The notes under the pieces are model-generated. The model was not told the DNA's origin, made no database searches, and was given only the letters and a program-made list of their open reading frames with translations. The translations under genes were made by a program, and so were the position numbers. Shown in pieces: positions 17,036-25,837 of a stretch of 29,129 nucleotides of DNA; within the stretch, counting starts at the first letter, position 1; each line of letters begins with the position of its first letter. The stretch is taken from NCBI GenBank assembly GCA_028709135.1, contig JAQVXN010000001.1, forward strand, positions 1-29,129, written 5' to 3'. Source of the DNA: Bacteroidaceae bacterium. GTDB taxonomy: Bacteria > Bacteroidota > Bacteroidia > Bacteroidales > Bacteroidaceae.

Positions 17036-17815
17036 TTACCGCGCCAGAGGGAATACTTTTAAAGCATTTTCAGATGTAATTCGACCTACTTCCTCTGTCG
17101 ATATTTTATATATTTCAGCCAATTTTTCAATGATAGCCAGAAGGAAAGAAGTTTCATTGCGTTTTCCTCTATGTGGTACTGGCGCCATATAGGGTGCGTC
17201 CGTTTCCAACACAAGTCGTGACAGAGGAATAGACTTCAGAACCTCTGGTAAAGAGGATTTCTTAAATGTTACGACGCCACCGATGCCTAACATAAAATGA
17301 TCAAAGTCCAATAATTCGGCAGCTTCCTCAATCGTTCCAGTAAAACAATGGAAGACTCCGGAAATATTACAATTTCGATATGGTTCCAAACACTGCATTA
17401 ATTCTTTGTGAGCACTGCGGGCGTGAATCATAAGCGGTAGTCCAAAACGTTGAGCCCAGCAGATTTGAAGATCAAAAGCCCGCATCTGATCCTGTACCCG
17501 CGTAGCATTCCAATAAAGGTCCAAGCCCACTTCTCCAATACCGATAAATATATTTGGTTCTTTCAACTGCAATTCCATTTGTTGCAATATTTCCAAATAG
17601 TTTTCAGGCAAATCCTCTGGATGAAGTCCAATCATTGGATAAAACAGTCCACTAAAACGTTTCGACAAATCTGTAACCATTCGCGCAGAGACTAAATCGG
17701 TAGACGGTAAAAAGATTTTGGATGCCCCTGATAAGCGTGCACGTTCAACGACATCTTCAAAATCTGCTGCAAAATCTTCTCCATACAGATGAGCATGAGT
17801 ATCAATAAAGTTCAT
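17036..17815 (-). CDS. tatD: TatD-family hydrolase
   Basis: DTHAHL, GLHP, GEVGLD, HAR, HCF and ETDAPY motifs. Confidence 0.95.
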   Translation of the reverse strand: MNFIDTHAHLYGEDFAADFEDVVERARLSGASKIFLPSTDLVSARMVTDLSKRFSGLFYPMIGLHPEDLPENYLEILQQMELQLKEPNIFIGIGEVGLDLYWNATRVQDQMRAFDLQICWAQRFGLPLMIHARSAHKELMQCLEPYRNCNISGVFHCFTGTIEEAAELLDFDHFMLGIGGVVTFKKSSLPEVLKSIPLSRLVLETDAPYMAPVPHRGKRNETSFLLAIIEKLAEIYKISTEEVGRITSENALKVFPLAR

Positions 17816-17816
17816 T

Positions 17817-18797
17817 TCAATATTTGCGATTAATTAAACTCGCTGCAAAATTCCAAAGTAATTCTTTTCGATCTTCCGGTAATTTTACACTAGATAAACA
17901 CGTACATGCCTCTTCAAAATATTTATTAATGCGATCAATACAAAGTTTGCCAATTCCTAAATGATCATAAATGTTTGTTACTGATTTTATTTTCTCCGTT
18001 TCATCAAACTCCCGTCGCGAAAGCCAATCCATCAAATCTTTTTGTTGGACCTCATTTGCATTATGGTATGCACTAATAAGTAGAAACGTTTTTTTATTAC
18101 AAATAATATCGCCACCTATACGTTTACCGAAGATAGCAGCATTGCCGTATACATCCAAATAGTCATCTTGAAGTTGAAAAGCCAAACCAACTTTTTCTCC
18201 AAATTTATAAAGAGCCTCCACATCTTCTGTCACTCCACCACCCAACATGGCTCCCATTTTTACAGCACATGCTACAAGTACAGACGTTTTCAAACGAATC
18301 ATTTCAATATACTCATCTTCCGTAACATCTGTACGTAACTCAAAATTCATATCATACTGCTGTCCTTCGCCAATGAAAAGAGCTGTTTGAACAAAAAGCT
18401 CCATGATCTCACGAGATACAGGAGAGACTACTGACAAAATCAGCTTTGCCGCCATAACCAACATGGAATCACCAGAAAGAATAGCTGTATTGCTATTCCA
18501 TTTTTTATGAACAGTAGGCATTCCGCGCCGCATCGCCGCTCTATCCATTAAATCATCATGAAGCAATGTATAGTTATGGTAAGTTTCCAATCCCAAAGCC
18601 GCATTCATCACGAGATCTATATCATTTCGATACATGTTATATGCCAGCAACAGGAAAACAGGACGTATGCGCTTACCTCCCATCGAGAGAACGTATCTAA
18701 TTGGTTCATAAAGGCCAACTGGCTCTGCAGGATATTTCATGGCTGCAATAGCGGCGTTTACCTGTTCTAACAATTTCGCAGAATATTCCATCTTCAT
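17817..18797 (-). CDS. Polyprenyl (FPP/GGPP) synthetase
   Basis: GGKRIRP, LLHDDLMD..RRG, GQQYD, KTS and FQLQDDYLD motifs. Start 18797 or 18791; the longer ORF start runs into the promoter. Confidence 0.93.
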   Translation of the reverse strand: MKMEYSAKLLEQVNAAIAAMKYPAEPVGLYEPIRYVLSMGGKRIRPVFLLLAYNMYRNDIDLVMNAALGLETYHNYTLLHDDLMDRAAMRRGMPTVHKKWNSNTAILSGDSMLVMAAKLILSVVSPVSREIMELFVQTALFIGEGQQYDMNFELRTDVTEDEYIEMIRLKTSVLVACAVKMGAMLGGGVTEDVEALYKFGEKVGLAFQLQDDYLDVYGNAAIFGKRIGGDIICNKKTFLLISAYHNANEVQQKDLMDWLSRREFDETEKIKSVTNIYDHLGIGKLCIDRINKYFEEACTCLSSVKLPEDRKELLWNFAASLINRKY

Positions 18798-18810
18798 CTT
18801 TTTTACTCGG

Positions 18811-18818
18811 CAAAGATA
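18811..18818 (-). promoter_or_regulatory. -7 element for polyprenyl synthetase-tatD
   Basis: TATCTTTG on the minus strand. Confidence 0.6.
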
Positions 18819-18947
18819 GTGCAACTTGAGAGAAGTACAAAACCAGAAGTGGTGCTTTTTATTTTGGTACGACGGAAAGCAAAGCGCTTTATATTAATAT
18901 TTAGGTAAAAAGATAAAGTAGTAAATAGGAGGGATATCTTACTAAAA

Positions 18948-19736
18948 TTACTCACTCATTTCAAATACAACGGGTAGAGTAACCTGAGAACGAATGGCAC
19001 GCCCATATTTTTGAGCCGGGATCCATTTTGGCATCAAACTTATCACACGCAATACCTCATGATTCAGTTGAGGACCTGCACTCTTCAAAATTCTTGGATC
19101 TGAAATTTTACCATTTGGTTCCACAATAAAAGCGACCTCAACCGTTCCTGCTATATGACGCCGTACACAGTCCGGTGGATAAACCATATTCTGATTAAGC
19201 CATCTCATAAAAGCCATGAGTCCTGTAGGATAGCGTGGAATGGAATCCAAAATAACGCCATCAGTTTGTTCTGTCGATTTAGCCAAATCTAATTTTGCTT
19301 CCTTACGCAACGTTTCAATAGAATCAATCGGCAAGTCCTTAATTTTTTCAGGATCAATTGTCATATCCTGAGGATGAAAAATTGTAGCTACTTCTTTTTC
19401 GGTTTCTTTCTGTTCTTTCAAGTTCTTCACTTTCTTGGCCAGCTTGGGCTGAGATTTGTGAGGTTCGCGACGTGGCGGACGTGCTTCCTTAATACGCAAA
19501 CCGTCGAAACGAGCCATTTTCTTCACTGGATCCACTTGTTGCTGTGGTTGTCGCGTCAAAATCAAAACAACTAATGGTGGAACTGAAATGAATAGAAAAA
19601 TAGAAATAATCACAGTCAATGCAACTCTGTAACGATGACCGGTTTGAGCACGCAAAACATAAGCACCGTATTTTTTATTGCGATGCTTAAAAATTAAATC
19701 ACACCATTTTTTACTATATATTTCGTTATCACCCAT
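18948..19736 (-). CDS. tonB: Energy transducer TonB family protein
   Basis: Bacteroidetes-type N-terminus (WCDLIFKHRNKKYGAYVLR), one TM helix, K/E/P-rich linker and a C-terminal TonB domain (YPP..GTVEVAFIVEPNGKIS). Confidence 0.9.
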   Translation of the reverse strand: MGDNEIYSKKWCDLIFKHRNKKYGAYVLRAQTGHRYRVALTVIISIFLFISVPPLVVLILTRQPQQQVDPVKKMARFDGLRIKEARPPRREPHKSQPKLAKKVKNLKEQKETEKEVATIFHPQDMTIDPEKIKDLPIDSIETLRKEAKLDLAKSTEQTDGVILDSIPRYPTGLMAFMRWLNQNMVYPPDCVRRHIAGTVEVAFIVEPNGKISDPRILKSAGPQLNHEVLRVISLMPKWIPAQKYGRAIRSQVTLPVVFEMSE

Positions 19737-19839
19737 TCGCTACCCAGCATCTAAAAAACCAAGTAAGAAAAAAATCATTGCGCACCCTAAAACACAACTT
19801 TTTACGTTATAATGATGCAGACCGAGGCATTTCTCACTG

Positions 19840-19847
19840 CAAAAGTA
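19840..19847 (-). promoter_or_regulatory. -7 element for tonB
   Basis: TACTTTTG on the minus strand. Confidence 0.55.
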
Positions 19848-19869
19848 ACGCAGATATTCTAAAATAGAG

Positions 19870-19877
19870 TAACTTTG
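19870..19877 (+). promoter_or_regulatory. -7 element for porQ-cmk-ispH
   Basis: TAACTTTG, 21 nt upstream of ATG 19899. Confidence 0.6.
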
Positions 19878-19898
19878 AAGTCAAATTTTGGTAATTGC

Positions 19899-20876
19899 AT
19901 GAAAAAAGGTAGAATTATCTTGATTCTCCTATGTTTGTCACAAGCTGTTTGGGCGCAGGAAGGTTCATCAATATTCAATTTCTTGAAAATTCCCGTGTCA
20001 GCGCATGCTGCAGCATTAGGAGGAGACAATGTGTCGTTAAAGCTGGACGATCCTACTCTGATTTTCGGCAATCCTGCTACAGCTGCACAAATTAACGACA
20101 TGTCGTTTAACTTAAACTACATGACATATCTGGGGGATACAAAAGTAGTAAGCGCCTCTGCTGTGAAAGTTTTTAGCGTAAGACACACCGTGGGATTGAC
20201 AACACGTTTGTTTGACTACGGTTCCATGGACGAAACGGACGAAAACGGGAACGTTATCGGCAGTTTTTCGGCAAAAGATATGGCACTTTCCGCACTCTAC
20301 AGTTATACCATGGGCAACGGCCTTGTAGGCGGCGCAAGTTTGAGTTTTATCAACTCCAAATATGCTGAATATTCTGCCACTTCCGTCGCAGTAGACTTAG
20401 GTCTGCACTATTATAACGACAGCAAAGATTTTTCCGCAGGTTTGGTATTGAAAAACATCGGTACACAAATTTCATCTTTCTATGATGACCGCACAGAGCA
20501 TTTGCCTTTTGACTTGCAGGCCGGTATCACCCACAAAATCCAACATGCACCATTTCGTTTCTCCATTACATTAAAAGATTTGACGCGATGGTCGCAAAAT
20601 TATTATTTTAATCCTGAGGGAAAAAACAGTCTCGGACGTAAAATATTTAATCACGTGGTTGTAGGTGCTGATTTTTTGCCTACAGACAATACTTACATTG
20701 CTCTGGGCTACAACGTACGCCGAGGTAACGAGTTGAAAGCTGCCGGAGCTGGGCACGGAGCTGGATGGTCTTTTGGAGGAGGTCTCCAGATGGCTCACTT
20801 TAAGCTAGGCATTTCTTATGCCAAATATCATGTCGATGTTTCTTCTCTATTATTCAATCTATCTTACAGCCTATAA
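19899..20876 (+). CDS. porQ: Type IX secretion system protein PorQ-like beta-barrel
   Basis: Signal peptide, FNFLKIPVSAHAAALGG, NPA, and a terminal YSL. Sits upstream of cmk, the usual Bacteroidales context. Start 19899 is preferred. Confidence 0.8.
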   Translation: MKKGRIILILLCLSQAVWAQEGSSIFNFLKIPVSAHAAALGGDNVSLKLDDPTLIFGNPATAAQINDMSFNLNYMTYLGDTKVVSASAVKVFSVRHTVGLTTRLFDYGSMDETDENGNVIGSFSAKDMALSALYSYTMGNGLVGGASLSFINSKYAEYSATSVAVDLGLHYYNDSKDFSAGLVLKNIGTQISSFYDDRTEHLPFDLQAGITHKIQHAPFRFSITLKDLTRWSQNYYFNPEGKNSLGRKIFNHVVVGADFLPTDNTYIALGYNVRRGNELKAAGAGHGAGWSFGGGLQMAHFKLGISYAKYHVDVSSLLFNLSYSL

Positions 20877-20891
20877 ATTACATCTTCATAA

Positions 20892-21584
20892 ATGAAAAAG
20901 ATTATTATTGCCGTTGATGGTTATTCTTCTTGTGGTAAGAGTACCATGGCCAAACAATTGGCTAAAGAAATTGGCTACATATACGTTGACAGCGGTGCGA
21001 TGTATCGCGCCGTTACCTTGCTAGCATTAAGAGCAAAATTATTTTCTACAGACGGAAAGATTCAAGAAAAGCAATTGAAGGCTCTTTTGCCCAAGATGCA
21101 AATTTCTTTCAAATACAATGCAGAAACGGGAATGCCTAATACCTATTTAAATAATGAGAATGTAGAAAAAGAAATTCGCACAATGGTCGTTTCTTCCCAC
21201 GTTAGTCCCATTGCCGTATTGTCTGAAGTACGTGCTGCCCTGGTAGCTCAACAACAGCAAATGGGAAAAGAAAAAGGTATCATCATGGATGGTCGTGACA
21301 TTGGAACAACTGTTTTTCCAAATGCCGAAATGAAAGTTTTTGTTACTGCTTCACCTGAAATACGCGCTCAGCGGCGTTTTGACGAATTGAAATCTAATGG
21401 ACAGAATGCTTCTTTTGACGACGTATTGAAAAATGTTGAAAATCGCGATTATATTGACTCTCACCGCGAAATAAGCCCCTTACGGCAAGCTTCTGACGCC
21501 GTAGTTTTGGACAATAGCCACCTCACACGCGAAGAACAATTAAACTGGCTACTCAATCTCTATCACCAACGCACTACAGAATAA
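20892..21584 (+). CDS. cmk: Cytidylate kinase
   Basis: [27 protein letters not shown] and RDYID motifs. Confidence 0.97.
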   Translation: MKKIIIAVDGYSSCGKSTMAKQLAKEIGYIYVDSGAMYRAVTLLALRAKLFSTDGKIQEKQLKALLPKMQISFKYNAETGMPNTYLNNENVEKEIRTMVVSSHVSPIAVLSEVRAALVAQQQQMGKEKGIIMDGRDIGTTVFPNAEMKVFVTASPEIRAQRRFDELKSNGQNASFDDVLKNVENRDYIDSHREISPLRQASDAVVLDNSHLTREEQLNWLLNLYHQRTTE

Positions 21585-21591
21585 TCCTGTT

Positions 21592-22449
21592 GTGAATATT
21601 CAAATTGAAATAGACGAAGCTTCCGGTTTTTGTTTCGGTGTTACCACCGCCATTCGCAAAGCCGAAGAAGAACTCACCAAAGGCCACCGCCTTTACTGTT
21701 TAGGCGACATCGTGCACAATGGAAAAGAAGTAGAGCGTCTTCGTGAAATGGGCCTCATAACTATTGACCACCAACATTTTGCTCATCTTCATGACGTTAA
21801 AGTTTTGCTCCGTGCCCACGGGGAACCACCTAAAACTTACGAAATTGCTAAAAAAAACAATATCGAAATCATTGATGCCACATGTCCGGTTGTTCTTCAA
21901 CTTCAAAAACGCATCAAACACGAGTATGACTTACAAGGCAATACTCAAATTGCCATTTTTGGGAAGAAGGGACATGCCGAAGTTCTCGGTCTTGTAGGTC
22001 AAACTGAAGGCAACGCCATTGTGTTGGACAAACCAAGTGATGTAGAGAATTTAGACTTTCATCGCAACATCCGCCTCTTTTCTCAAACCACAAAACCTCT
22101 TGACAAATTTCGCAACCTTGTTAGTTATATTGAGCAACATATTGTACCACCTGCTACTTTCGAATTTTTCGATACCATTTGTCGACAGGTTTCGGGACGA
22201 ATGCCTCAATTAATGGAATTTGCAGCTTGCCATGATGCCATTCTCTTTGTTTGCGGCAAAAAAAGTTCAAACGGGCGCATGCTTTACGAAGCCTGTCGTT
22301 CTGTCAATCCTCACTCCTATTTTGTCACCGGTCCGGATGATATTGATTTCTCTTTACTGCAAAATGTTTGCACATTGGGCATTTGTGGAGCCACTTCTAC
22401 GCCTAAATGGTTGATGAAGGAGTGCAAAAACGCCATTCTTGAGCATTAA
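21592..22449 (+). CDS. ispH: 4-hydroxy-3-methylbut-2-enyl diphosphate reductase
   Basis: GFCFGV, VHN, RAHG, DATCP, QTT, DTIC, SSN and GATSTP motifs; GTG start. Confidence 0.97.
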   Translation: MNIQIEIDEASGFCFGVTTAIRKAEEELTKGHRLYCLGDIVHNGKEVERLREMGLITIDHQHFAHLHDVKVLLRAHGEPPKTYEIAKKNNIEIIDATCPVVLQLQKRIKHEYDLQGNTQIAIFGKKGHAEVLGLVGQTEGNAIVLDKPSDVENLDFHRNIRLFSQTTKPLDKFRNLVSYIEQHIVPPATFEFFDTICRQVSGRMPQLMEFAACHDAILFVCGKKSSNGRMLYEACRSVNPHSYFVTGPDDIDFSLLQNVCTLGICGATSTPKWLMKECKNAILEH

Positions 22450-22455
22450 AAAACC

Positions 22456-22471
22456 GCAGTTTGAAAACTGC
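22456..22471. terminator. Short hairpin between convergent ispH and meaB
   Basis: GCAGTT-tgaa-AACTGC, with an A-run upstream and a T-run downstream. Confidence 0.45.
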
Positions 22472-22504
22472 AGTCTTTTATTTGATTTTCTAGAAATTCT
22501 GTGC

Positions 22505-23617
22505 TCACTCGTTTTCCAGTCCCAATTTCTTGAAATAAAAATCAAGAACTTGTTGGGCGGCAACAAAAGATGTTTGTTTTCCATTAAATACGGCAGATTC
22601 TTCATTTTTGAGCATTTCTTCAATTTCTGGATCTTGATAAAAACTGTTTTTCAAATGCTCATTAATCGTTTCATACATCCAATAACGGTTTTGCTCCATT
22701 CTGCGATGTTCAAAATAACCATTCTTCTTAACAAAATCAAAATACTCATATATGCTGTCCCACAATTCTTTGATACCCAAAGCGTAAAAACCAGAATAAG
22801 TAAGTACTTTAGGCATCCAACCACTCGGAGACTCTGGAAAAAGATGCAATGCATTCCTATAATATGAAGCTGCAATCTGGCAACGCTGCATATTATCGCC
22901 ATCGCATTTATTAACAGCAATACCATCTACTATTTCCATAATTCCCCGTTTAATGCCCTGCAGTTCATCTCCCGTTCCAGCTACCTGAATCAACAAGAAG
23001 AAATCCACCATCGATTGACAAGCGGTTTCACTCTGACCAACACCCACAGTTTCAACGAAAATCTTATCATATCCAGCTGCCTCACAAAGAATAATGGACT
23101 CGCGGGTCTTACGAGCCACGCCACCGAGAGAACCTGAAGACGGACTGGGGCGAATAAATGACTTGGGATGAACTGAAAGTTTCTCCATACGCGTTTTGTC
23201 GCCCAAAATACTACCCTTACTCCGTTCACTGCTAGGATCTATAGCCAGCACAGCCAATTTGCCTCCATATTTATTCAGTACATAAATACCAAATTCATCT
23301 ATTGATGTACTTTTGCCGGAGCCTGGCACCCCACTAATACCAACTCGCACCGAATTACCAGCATAAGGCAAACATCTCTCAATAACGTGCTGCGCCTTGA
23401 TCTCATGTTCAGGGCGCGTACTCTCCAAGAGCGTCACAGCACGACTTAAAATCATCGTGTCTCCTTTAAGAATACCATTTACATAGTCGTCGACACTTAA
23501 TTCTCTTCGCCTGATAGGCCCATTTTTTGAAAGATACGGATTTACACTTCCGGGGCTCGAAGGGCTCGTTTGTACTTTTAGACCTTTATATTGTCTTTCA
23601 TTTTCAGGATGTTCCAT
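22505..23617 (-). CDS. meaB: Methylmalonyl-CoA mutase-associated GTPase
   Basis: GVPGSGKST, AIDPSS, GDKTRM, ETVGVGQSE and NKCD motifs. Start 23617, alternative 23629. Confidence 0.95.
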   Translation of the reverse strand: MEHPENERQYKGLKVQTSPSSPGSVNPYLSKNGPIRRRELSVDDYVNGILKGDTMILSRAVTLLESTRPEHEIKAQHVIERCLPYAGNSVRVGISGVPGSGKSTSIDEFGIYVLNKYGGKLAVLAIDPSSERSKGSILGDKTRMEKLSVHPKSFIRPSPSSGSLGGVARKTRESIILCEAAGYDKIFVETVGVGQSETACQSMVDFFLLIQVAGTGDELQGIKRGIMEIVDGIAVNKCDGDNMQRCQIAASYYRNALHLFPESPSGWMPKVLTYSGFYALGIKELWDSIYEYFDFVKKNGYFEHRRMEQNRYWMYETINEHLKNSFYQDPEIEEMLKNEESAVFNGKQTSFVAAQQVLDFYFKKLGLENE

Positions 23618-23661
23618 AATGATTCTCATTTAATCGTCAAAAATAGCTTCTCTTTCATATC

Positions 23662-24750
23662 TCATTTTGTCAATCTATTCTTACTCAAAATGACATTAAA
23701 AATCACTTTTGGCTGTTTCGGATCATTCGTGATCATCAGTACACGCAATCTACTGCGCGACTTGTTCATATATTTTGATAGCACAGAAATCTTGAGTCTT
23801 TCCGTTCTATTGGGTCCAATCTTCATTTGTCCCAAATCCACATTCACAGCAGGGTTAAATACCTGTAAGGAACGAATTTCAAGACTTGATTTCCCTATAT
23901 TTTTTAGTAGAATCGTTCCTTTTACTTTGCTTTTTCCTTCAATAGATGGCAACCTAAGTTCTGTCCCCTGTGTTCCTTCTATTTTCAAACACGGCGCCAA
24001 TGCAGTTTGCACCACAGAAGTTGTGTCAAACGGAGGCAATAATACGGACGATACTTCCAATTCATTGTCTTTTCCTACTCTGTCCCCAGGATAACGGCTG
24101 ACATAAACGGTTGTTTGAATCAATCCAAAACTTTCTATGGCCTTCGTATTCAGTGTCACAACGATTTTCCCGACTCTTCCGGGCAACAATTTATCCGGCT
24201 CCGCCCGCTGACTTAAATATGGAGGCAGATGCATTAATTCGGGGTGATAAACTTTGTTGCTACCATTCCTCACTGCAATGACTTGGGCGGGACATTCCCC
24301 CCTATTTACATCATCAAATTCAATATTGTCCGTACTCAGAGAGATTGGTCCCACTTTATAGGGATACTCTCCTGTATAGTCATCTTTCTGTTGAACAACA
24401 TCTCCTGTTGCTTTAAGCACGTAGGGTTTCTCTTGAGCATCCGTATAAACATATATTGCTTTTTCAAAATGGCCTAACAAATCCGCTTTGTACTTTATCT
24501 GTAAACGTGATTTCTCACCGGCAGGAATAGCTTTTTTATCCCATTGAACTGAAATCTGACTACTGGAAGTCAGAATTTCTTTGATGTTTACCGGTTTTCC
24601 AAAATTATTCGTAACGGTCACTTCCACATTGTTTTCAGTATACCACTCCACTTGCCCCATTTGCAACGCTGTCTGTTCAAACTGTAACTGAGCCCACGCG
24701 GTTCCAGTCACAAAAATAAAAGTTATAATATATAGTAGCTTTTTACCCAT
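23662..24750 (-). CDS. Secreted DUF1573 (Ig-like) multi-domain protein
   Basis: Signal peptide (..TAWAQ) and three repeated beta-rich units (VTNN..., VRNG..., LKNIGK..LEI). Lies upstream of meaB, a context I recall as common in Bacteroidales. Confidence 0.82.
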   Translation of the reverse strand: MGKKLLYIITFIFVTGTAWAQLQFEQTALQMGQVEWYTENNVEVTVTNNFGKPVNIKEILTSSSQISVQWDKKAIPAGEKSRLQIKYKADLLGHFEKAIYVYTDAQEKPYVLKATGDVVQQKDDYTGEYPYKVGPISLSTDNIEFDDVNRGECPAQVIAVRNGSNKVYHPELMHLPPYLSQRAEPDKLLPGRVGKIVVTLNTKAIESFGLIQTTVYVSRYPGDRVGKDNELEVSSVLLPPFDTTSVVQTALAPCLKIEGTQGTELRLPSIEGKSKVKGTILLKNIGKSSLEIRSLQVFNPAVNVDLGQMKIGPNRTERLKISVLSKYMNKSRSRLRVLMITNDPKQPKVIFNVILSKNRLTK

Positions 24751-24772
24751 TCCATTTTCAATCTTGTTCCTG

Positions 24773-24780
24773 CAAAGTTA
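24773..24780 (-). promoter_or_regulatory. -7 element for DUF1573-meaB
   Basis: TAACTTTG on the minus strand. Confidence 0.6.
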
Positions 24781-24918
24781 ATGTAAATCGGGAGAAGGCT
24801 AAAGGAAAACATCAAATTTTTTATCTCTATTACAGTCAAACAATCTGAGATCGCATAAAACTTTCAAACATGTAACATGTTTTCCGCAAACATATTCGAC
24901 GTTTTAAATAGAAAACCG

Positions 24919-24926
24919 TATTTTTG
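24919..24926 (+). promoter_or_regulatory. -7 element for xth
   Basis: TATTTTTG, 22 nt upstream of ATG 24949. Confidence 0.6.
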
Positions 24927-24948
24927 TAAAAAATAAAGTTATTTCATT

Positions 24949-25704
24949 ATGAAATTTATCTCTTGGAATGTAAATGGATTACGAGCCTGTGATGGAAAAG
25001 GATTTTCCGATATTTTCAATCATCTTGACGCTGATTTCTTTTGCTTGCAGGAAACAAAAATGCAAGCTGGTCAGTTTGATCTTGAGTTTGCCGGTTACGA
25101 ATCTTTTTGGAATTACGCAGAAAAGAAAGGCTATTCCGGTACCTGTATTTTCACTCGTCATCATCCAATATCCGTTTCCATGGGCATGAACATCGAGCAA
25201 CACGACCATGAAGGGCGCATTATTACCTTGGAATATCCTGAATTCTTCCTTGTCAATGTTTATACACCTAATTCTCAAAACGAATTGCGCCGTCTCGCCT
25301 ACCGTATGGAGTGGGAAAATGATTTCCGCCAGTTTCTTCTTACACTGGATAGCCAGAAACCTGTCATCGTCTGTGGCGACATGAATGTGGCACACGAAGA
25401 AATTGACATTAAAAACCCGAAATCAAATCATCACAATGCCGGTTTTACAGACGAAGAACGCCTGAAAATGACCGAACTTCTTGCATCAGGTTTCACAGAC
25501 ACTTTCCGCCACATATATCCAGATTTGAAAGACGCCTACAGTTGGTGGTCCTACCGTTTCCATGCGCGCGAAAACAATGTGGGATGGCGCATCGACTATT
25601 TTCTCCTCTCTAACCGTCTCCTCCCTCAACTCATCGAATCCCGCATCCTCGCCGATGTACATGGCAGCGACCACTGCCCCGTTCAAATTGAAGTGAATCT
25701 GTAA
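24949..25704 (+). CDS. xth: Exodeoxyribonuclease III / AP endonuclease
   Basis: SWNVNG, LQETK, YTPNS, GDMNVAH, WRIDYF and GSDHCP motifs. Confidence 0.97.
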   Translation: MKFISWNVNGLRACDGKGFSDIFNHLDADFFCLQETKMQAGQFDLEFAGYESFWNYAEKKGYSGTCIFTRHHPISVSMGMNIEQHDHEGRIITLEYPEFFLVNVYTPNSQNELRRLAYRMEWENDFRQFLLTLDSQKPVIVCGDMNVAHEEIDIKNPKSNHHNAGFTDEERLKMTELLASGFTDTFRHIYPDLKDAYSWWSYRFHARENNVGWRIDYFLLSNRLLPQLIESRILADVHGSDHCPVQIEVNL

Positions 25705-25837
25705 TTGCCACAACTTGATTATTCAGCCAATTACACGAAATGACCTATTCACAAAAGAATAGTTGTTTTTTATATCAAATAAAGGAATAGGCATTCTTTT
25801 AAAATTACCCTTTCCGAATAATAATATCGATATTTTC

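Noticed and set aside
19899-20876. porQ as evidence of a T9SS locus
   Set aside because: porQ-cmk-ispH is an ordinary Bacteroidales arrangement, and no other por/gld/spr genes are in the window.
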